From an uncultured Ginsengibacter sp. (GTDB taxonomy: Bacteria > Bacteroidota > Bacteroidia > Chitinophagales > Chitinophagaceae): a DNA stretch of 64,000 bases. Within the stretch, counting starts at the first letter, position 1. Every line of letters starts with the position of its first letter. This document shows, one piece after another, positions 58,832 through 64,000 of the stretch. The position numbers and the translations under genes are program-made. Under the pieces are notes generated by a model, which did not search any database, was not told where the DNA came from, and saw nothing but the letters and a program-made list of their open reading frames with translations. Location of the stretch: positions 94,618 through 158,617 of the forward strand of contig CAZGNJ010000004.1 of NCBI GenBank assembly GCA_964526985.1, given 5' to 3'.

Positions 58832-59265
58832 ATGAACAGAACATCAAAAAAATCAGCAGGAATCCTGATTATCACATTGCCAAAGGTTGCTTATGGTGCA
58901 CCGCTTTACTTTCCATGCTGACCAATGCAGGATCAGGATATATGGATAATCCGTTACGGCAGAATTTATTCAGGGCAGGCCATGCACATGCCGGTGTGTT
59001 GCTGATCCTTTCATTAGTAATTCTGAAATATGTGGACGACACATTCTATTCAGAAAAAATTAAAAGCCTGATAAGAGTGGGTGTTCCGATATGTGCTATT
59101 CTGATACTGGCAGCATTTTTCTTTTCTGTGTTAAGCCCCGATGCAACAGCACCGAATGGATATATCAATCTGGCATACATTGGATTTGCAATTCTTGCGA
59201 TTACCTTCTTCGCTTTGGGAATAGGGTTAGTAAGAGAAAATAAAAAAGTCGAAGGCCAGGTTTAG
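58832..59265 (+). pseudogene. Four-TM hypothetical membrane protein with an apparent 1-nt frameshift near 58895
   Basis: ATG 58832 gives MNRTSKKSAGILIITLPKVAYG; adding one G (GGTG[G]CACC) joins it to TALLSMLTNAG...LFRAGHAHAGVLLIL. Confidence 0.65.
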
Positions 59266-59453
59266 GATAATCATGCATTAACCATTCCCAATGTTTAACC
59301 GGTTATTTCAAATGAACCTGAAGACAAAACTTTTTTTATGCAGTTACAAAGGATCACGGTACAAATTATAAGGTTTAGAACATTCCGAATTTAAAAATTA
59401 ATCAAAACCTCGCACTTCCATTTACATTATCTTTCAGAAAAATCTTAAACTGC

Positions 59454-61103
59454 ATGTATTACGACAACATCATTATTGGTGGCGGACTTGCGGGACTGGT
59501 TGCTGCTTACGAAATAACAAGCGCAGGTAAGAAAGTTTTAATACTCGATCAGGAAGGAGAACAGAATCTTGGTGGACAGGCATTCTGGTCGTTGGGTGGA
59601 TTGTTTATGGTAAACACACCACAACAAAGAAGAATGGGTATTAAAGACAGTTTTGATCTTGCGTGGCAGGATTGGATGGGCACGGCACAGTTCGACAGGC
59701 CCGAAGATGAATGGCCGAAAAAATGGGCAGAGGCCTACGTGAAGTTTGCCACGTTTGAAAAATATGAATACGTTACTTCATTGGGAATAAAATTCGTACC
59801 GATACCTGGTTGGGCAGAACGTGGGGATGGCTGTGCATCCGGGCATGGCAATTCGGTTCCAAGATTTCATGTCTCGTGGGGTACCGGCCCCGGAGTTATC
59901 AGGCCGTTTGTCGAACACGCTTACAAAGCAAAGGATAAAGGCCTTCTCGAAATGAAATCCCGCCATCGCGTAACCGGGCTGATCACCAATGGAAAAAAGG
60001 TAACAGGTGTGAGAGGAGAAATTCTTGAAGATTCAAAAGAACCAAGAGGTGTTGCTTCAGGCAGAAAGTTGGTGGGCACTTTTGAGTTCGAAGCAAGAAA
60101 TGTATTAGTAGCAAGCGGAGGCATTGGTGCCAACCCGGAACTTGTCAGAAAAAACTGGCCATCTGGAAGATTAGGTAATCCTCCGGCAACAATGATCTGT
60201 GGTGTACCTGCCTATGTGGATGGGAAAATGCTGGGCATCACTGAATCTGCAGGTGCAGCGATTATTAATCGCGACAGGATGTGGCACTACACAGAGGGAA
60301 TCAAAAACTTTGATCCTATCTGGCCGAACCATGCTATCCGGATTCTTCCTGGGCCATCATCACTCTGGTTTGACGCAGAAGGCAATCGCCTGCCAGCACC
60401 ATACCTGCCGGGATTCGATACACTCGGTACACTCCAACATATTTTATCTACCGGTTATGATTATTCGTGGTTTATCCTGAATCAGAAAATTATCAAAAAA
60501 GAATTTGCGCTTTCTGGTAGTGAACAAAACCCTGATATTACCAACCGAAGTTTGAAGAGCACACTAAAGAGAATATTCAGCAAGAACGCTCCGGCTCCGG
60601 TGGAGTCGTTTAAGGATAAGGGAGAAGATTTTTTGGTTGCGAATGATTTGAAATCCCTGGTAGAAAAAATGAATGCACTTGCCGGTAATAAGTTACTCGA
60701 TCATGAAAAAATAAAAAGACAAGTTGACGATCGAGACAGGGAAACGGAAAACAAATTTTGTAAAGATGTGCAGGTCACTTTCATTAAAAGCCATCGGAAA
60801 TACTTAGGCGATAAATTAATGCGTGTAGCGCCTTTGCATAAAATATCAGATCCCACATGCGGCCCGCTCATCGCAGTGAAACTGCATATCCTCACACGTA
60901 AGACATTGGGCGGATTACATACAAACCTCAACGGACAAGTGTTGTGTCCGGATGGTGAAATATTTGAAGGATTATTTGCGGCAGGTGAAGCCTCCGGTTT
61001 TGGCGGTGGCGGAATGCACGGCTACCGTGCACTGGAAGGAACTTTTTTAGGAGGTTGCATTTTTTCAGGCATACAGGCAGGAAGGTCAATGGCGGCAGAT
61101 TGA
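59454..61103 (+). CDS. FAD-binding dehydrogenase (KsdD-like / FAD_binding_2 family)
   Basis: IIIGGGLAGL, NLGGQAFWSLGG, GHGNSVPRFH, TRKTLGGL, GYRALEGTFLGGC. Confidence 0.9.
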   Translation: MYYDNIIIGGGLAGLVAAYEITSAGKKVLILDQEGEQNLGGQAFWSLGGLFMVNTPQQRRMGIKDSFDLAWQDWMGTAQFDRPEDEWPKKWAEAYVKFATFEKYEYVTSLGIKFVPIPGWAERGDGCASGHGNSVPRFHVSWGTGPGVIRPFVEHAYKAKDKGLLEMKSRHRVTGLITNGKKVTGVRGEILEDSKEPRGVASGRKLVGTFEFEARNVLVASGGIGANPELVRKNWPSGRLGNPPATMICGVPAYVDGKMLGITESAGAAIINRDRMWHYTEGIKNFDPIWPNHAIRILPGPSSLWFDAEGNRLPAPYLPGFDTLGTLQHILSTGYDYSWFILNQKIIKKEFALSGSEQNPDITNRSLKSTLKRIFSKNAPAPVESFKDKGEDFLVANDLKSLVEKMNALAGNKLLDHEKIKRQVDDRDRETENKFCKDVQVTFIKSHRKYLGDKLMRVAPLHKISDPTCGPLIAVKLHILTRKTLGGLHTNLNGQVLCPDGEIFEGLFAAGEASGFGGGGMHGYRALEGTFLGGCIFSGIQAGRSMAAD

Positions 61104-61238
61104 ATTTTATTTTATTCGGCACAAACAAATAGCAATCAAAAGCCATTTGTTAATTAAGTGCAATGAAGTCCTGAAGTTCCGTTTTATCCTTTTTGCTACA
61201 ATACATTTGCGGCCATTTTAATCCTCAATAAACTCAAA

Positions 61239-61865
61239 ATGAAAAAGATCGTACTCTCATTGATTGCTATCAGCGGATTTGCATTTGCATCAAAAGCTCA
61301 AAATTTCGGATTTCAAAAAGGTGATGTGATTCTGGAAGGATCAATTGGTACCAATGTAATTGACAACAAGGATACCAAGACCAAATCAACTAATTTTAAT
61401 TTCTCTCCCAAAGCAGGATACTTCCTGTCCGATAAGTTTGCAGTGGGAATTGCTCCGGGTTACGGTGAATCCAAAAATGCTAACTATTTAGGCTCTACAG
61501 ACAAAACAAACACTTTAAGCATCGGATTATTCGGACGGTATTATTTCCTGGAGGCAGGCAAGCGTTTCAAAGTTTACACTGAGTTGGACCTGACCTTTTC
61601 TCAAACAGGCGGAGAAACCTCTAACGGCATCACAACCATCAAGTATGATAAAACAAACACAATTGGAGCGAATGCAGGAATTGGAGCCAACTTCTTCATT
61701 ACGAAAAAAATTGCTGTTGGGTACCAGTTTGCAGATGTTTTGGGCTACTCCTATTCAAAGGTGGACAAAAGATATTCTGAACCTACCAATTCATTTCATA
61801 TTAACCTCAACAATTTTGGCAACTTCTTCAACACCGGCCAGTTCAGTCTGACATTTAAATTGTAG
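61239..61865 (+). CDS. Outer-membrane beta-barrel protein
   Basis: Signal peptide; FNFSPKAGYF, FGRYYF, GANFF; -7 box TACATTTG at 61202-61209. Confidence 0.85.
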   Translation: MKKIVLSLIAISGFAFASKAQNFGFQKGDVILEGSIGTNVIDNKDTKTKSTNFNFSPKAGYFLSDKFAVGIAPGYGESKNANYLGSTDKTNTLSIGLFGRYYFLEAGKRFKVYTELDLTFSQTGGETSNGITTIKYDKTNTIGANAGIGANFFITKKIAVGYQFADVLGYSYSKVDKRYSEPTNSFHINLNNFGNFFNTGQFSLTFKL

Positions 61866-61890
61866 GAAAAATATATTGAGCATTCCTTAC

Positions 61891-61927
61891 AAAAAAGAGA
61901 TAGCGAAAATGCTGTCTCTTTTTTTTT
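61891..61927. terminator. Bidirectional Rho-independent terminator
   Basis: AAAAAAGAGATAGC-GAAAAT-GCTGTCTCTTTTTTTTT between convergent genes. Confidence 0.8.
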
Positions 61928-61965
61928 ACTGCCTGTATTCGCCGTCTGAACTGCGGTACCGACGG

Positions 61966-62005
61966 CTACATTACGGTCGGCACCGGAGGTCAGACCGTAA
62001 TGTAG
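61966..62005. repeat. REP-like GC-rich palindrome
   Basis: CTACATTACGGTC-14nt-GACCGTAATGTAG, 13-bp perfect stem. Confidence 0.7.
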
Positions 62006-62008
62006 TTG

Positions 62009-63961
62009 CTAAAGCCTTTCAAAAAAATTCAATGACTCCGGATTCCTCATCGCGCCTTTGTTAGCAGCTTTTTCTACTGGTTTTCCCATAAGAATTTTTT
62101 TCACCGGTGCTTCCATTTTTTTACCACTGATGGTATAGGGAATATCAGGCACTACAATTATCTTATCAGGAACATGACGCGGGGAACATTCTGTTCTTAA
62201 TTGCTGATTGATACGGCTGACAATTTCGGGTGTTAATGATTTGCCTTCCTGCATCACTACAAACAAAGGCATGTAGTCACCGCCATGAGTCAATTCAATA
62301 TTTACGATCAGGCTGTCTTTCACTTCCGGTATTTTATCTACTGCCCTGTAGATTTCAGCCGTGCCTATGCGCACACCCTGTCGATTCAGTGTCGTATCAG
62401 ACCGGCCCAGGATCACTACTCCACCTTCTGAGGTGATCTTCACCCAATCACCATGTCGCCATACTCCGGGATACATTTCAAAATAACTCGACTCATAGCG
62501 TTCATAATTTTCATCATTCCAAAAATAAACCGGCATACATGGCATAGGATTGACAACTACCATCTCTCCCACTTCATCAGTAACTGATCTTCCTTCCTCA
62601 TCATAAGCATACATCGCACATCCCAATGATCGCGATTGCAATTCACCTTCCAAGACCGGTTTCCACGGATTGCCTCCAACCCATGCGGTACAGATATCGG
62701 TACCCCCACTCATAGAGCACAGCCACACGTCTCTTTTGATATGCTCATACACATAATCGAACCCTTCAGGTGGTAATGGCGACCCTGTGGAGCCAATGGA
62801 ACGCAATGCGGATAAATTAAAATCCTTTCCCGGATGCAATTCATTTTTCATACAGGCAATGATGTACGGTGCGCTGGTGCCAAAATGATGAATGGGTAAC
62901 TCTGATGTAAGTTTCCACAATACATTCATATCCGGATATCCCGGGCTACCATCATACAATACTATGGTTGCACCGACTAACAGCGACGCATGAACGAAAT
63001 TCCACATCATCCATCCGGTAGTAGAAAACCAGAAGAAATTTTCTCCGGCGTGTACATCATTATGCAATGAAAGATATTTCAAATGCTCCAGCAACATACC
63101 TCCATGCGAATGAGTGATTGCCTTTGGCATACCTGTGGTACCGGATGAATACAATATCCATATCGGATGTGAGAAAGGAACTGGTGTAAAGTTGAGTTCT
63201 GCCCTATCACCAGCCATCACATCATTCCATAAGACAGCTCTTTTTAGATTGCTGATATCCGGTTTTGAATTGAGATAAGGGATTACAATTACCTTTTCTA
63301 CAGAAGGAAGGTTATCACAGATTTCCTGTACCACATCTGTCTTGTCATAAGACTTCCCACCATATTGGTAACCATCCACAGCTATCAAAACCTTTGGCGC
63401 TATCTGTCTGAATCGATCCAGCACACTGCCTGCGCCAAAATCAGGTGAGCAACTGCTCCAAACAGCCCCCAGAGAAATGGTAGCAATTAAGGAAACCGTC
63501 GCCTGGGGAATATTTGGAATAAAAGCCGCTACCCTGTCACCCGGATTAACTCCGTGTTCCTTCAGAAATTGTTGCAGCGCAGCAGCATCCCGTTCTAATT
63601 CCAACCAGGATATTTTCTTCGCGGATGATCTTTCTGAAATAAACAAAATTGCGGGACGCTCATCCGTGTTATTTCTCATAATATGCTCCGCATAATTCAA
63701 AGAAGCGCCTTCAAACCATTTTGTATGTGGCATGGCATCTTTCGACATCACTTCCTTATAAGAAGTGTAGGATTTTATTTCAAAAAATTGCCAGACGCTC
63801 TTCCAGAAATCGGCAGGATTATCAACTGACCATTGCCATAGTGCATGATAATTTTTTAATGTGAATCCTTTCTTTTCATTCAGCCATTCTGAATAACGTG
63901 TGAGGTTAGACTGTTGCAGAAATTTTTCAGATGGTGTCCAAAGTTTGCGAGAAGAATCCAT
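62009..63961 (-). CDS. Acetoacetate-CoA ligase
   Basis: YHALWQWSV, LNYAE, WSSCSPDFG, YSSGTTGMPK, TTGWMMW, SGGTDIC, WRHGDW, GRSDTTLN, SGKKME. Confidence 0.94.
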   Translation of the reverse strand: MDSSRKLWTPSEKFLQQSNLTRYSEWLNEKKGFTLKNYHALWQWSVDNPADFWKSVWQFFEIKSYTSYKEVMSKDAMPHTKWFEGASLNYAEHIMRNNTDERPAILFISERSSAKKISWLELERDAAALQQFLKEHGVNPGDRVAAFIPNIPQATVSLIATISLGAVWSSCSPDFGAGSVLDRFRQIAPKVLIAVDGYQYGGKSYDKTDVVQEICDNLPSVEKVIVIPYLNSKPDISNLKRAVLWNDVMAGDRAELNFTPVPFSHPIWILYSSGTTGMPKAITHSHGGMLLEHLKYLSLHNDVHAGENFFWFSTTGWMMWNFVHASLLVGATIVLYDGSPGYPDMNVLWKLTSELPIHHFGTSAPYIIACMKNELHPGKDFNLSALRSIGSTGSPLPPEGFDYVYEHIKRDVWLCSMSGGTDICTAWVGGNPWKPVLEGELQSRSLGCAMYAYDEEGRSVTDEVGEMVVVNPMPCMPVYFWNDENYERYESSYFEMYPGVWRHGDWVKITSEGGVVILGRSDTTLNRQGVRIGTAEIYRAVDKIPEVKDSLIVNIELTHGGDYMPLFVVMQEGKSLTPEIVSRINQQLRTECSPRHVPDKIIVVPDIPYTISGKKMEAPVKKILMGKPVEKAANKGAMRNPESLNFFERL

Positions 63962-64000
63962 GACGAACTTTTTTCACAAAGTACCGAATTGTGAGAAACA

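Noticed and set aside
577..63695. Many 60-200 aa ORFs antisense to or overlapping the long genes (e.g. 15400-16017, 44738-45232, 56579-57079)
   Set aside because: They lie on the opposite strand or in an alternate frame of well-supported genes and have no recognisable motifs; treated as shadow ORFs

Overview
A 64-kb chromosomal window from a Bacteroidota bacterium, probably Chitinophagaceae-like (inferred from gene content, TAnnTTTG -7 promoter boxes, SusC/SusD, and the tatA-gatA-mltD and nadK-porG gene pairs). Housekeeping content: the hisGDCB(H) operon with an unannotated His-rich leader-peptide attenuator, acs, an M1 aminopeptidase, gatA, tatA, gmk, murA, nadK, a TetR-controlled RND efflux operon and acetoacetyl-CoA synthetase. 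The most unusual region is a ~17.6-kb minus-strand locus (22.5-40.1 kb). It starts with an ECF sigma/FecR/SusC/SusD set that has no CAZymes. Five alternating TlpA-type thiol-disulfide oxidoreductases follow, then a module made of a C39-like/VKOR/thioredoxin fusion (interrupted by an in-frame TAA just before its VKOR CxxC), a double-glycine-type leader joined by a 1-nt frameshift to a 12-Cys peptide, and a sixth TlpA. I read this as a possible disulfide-rich-peptide production and uptake/reduction system; that function is inferred, not shown. Other oddities: a transglutaminase-like protein with a membrane-anchored partner, a degenerate repeat with an identical bulged hairpin flanking a SnoaL gene, several REP-like palindromes, and a lectin-decorated amidohydrolase. 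No rRNA, tRNA, CRISPR array or intact transposase was seen. No database searches were run; all family calls come from recognising motifs.
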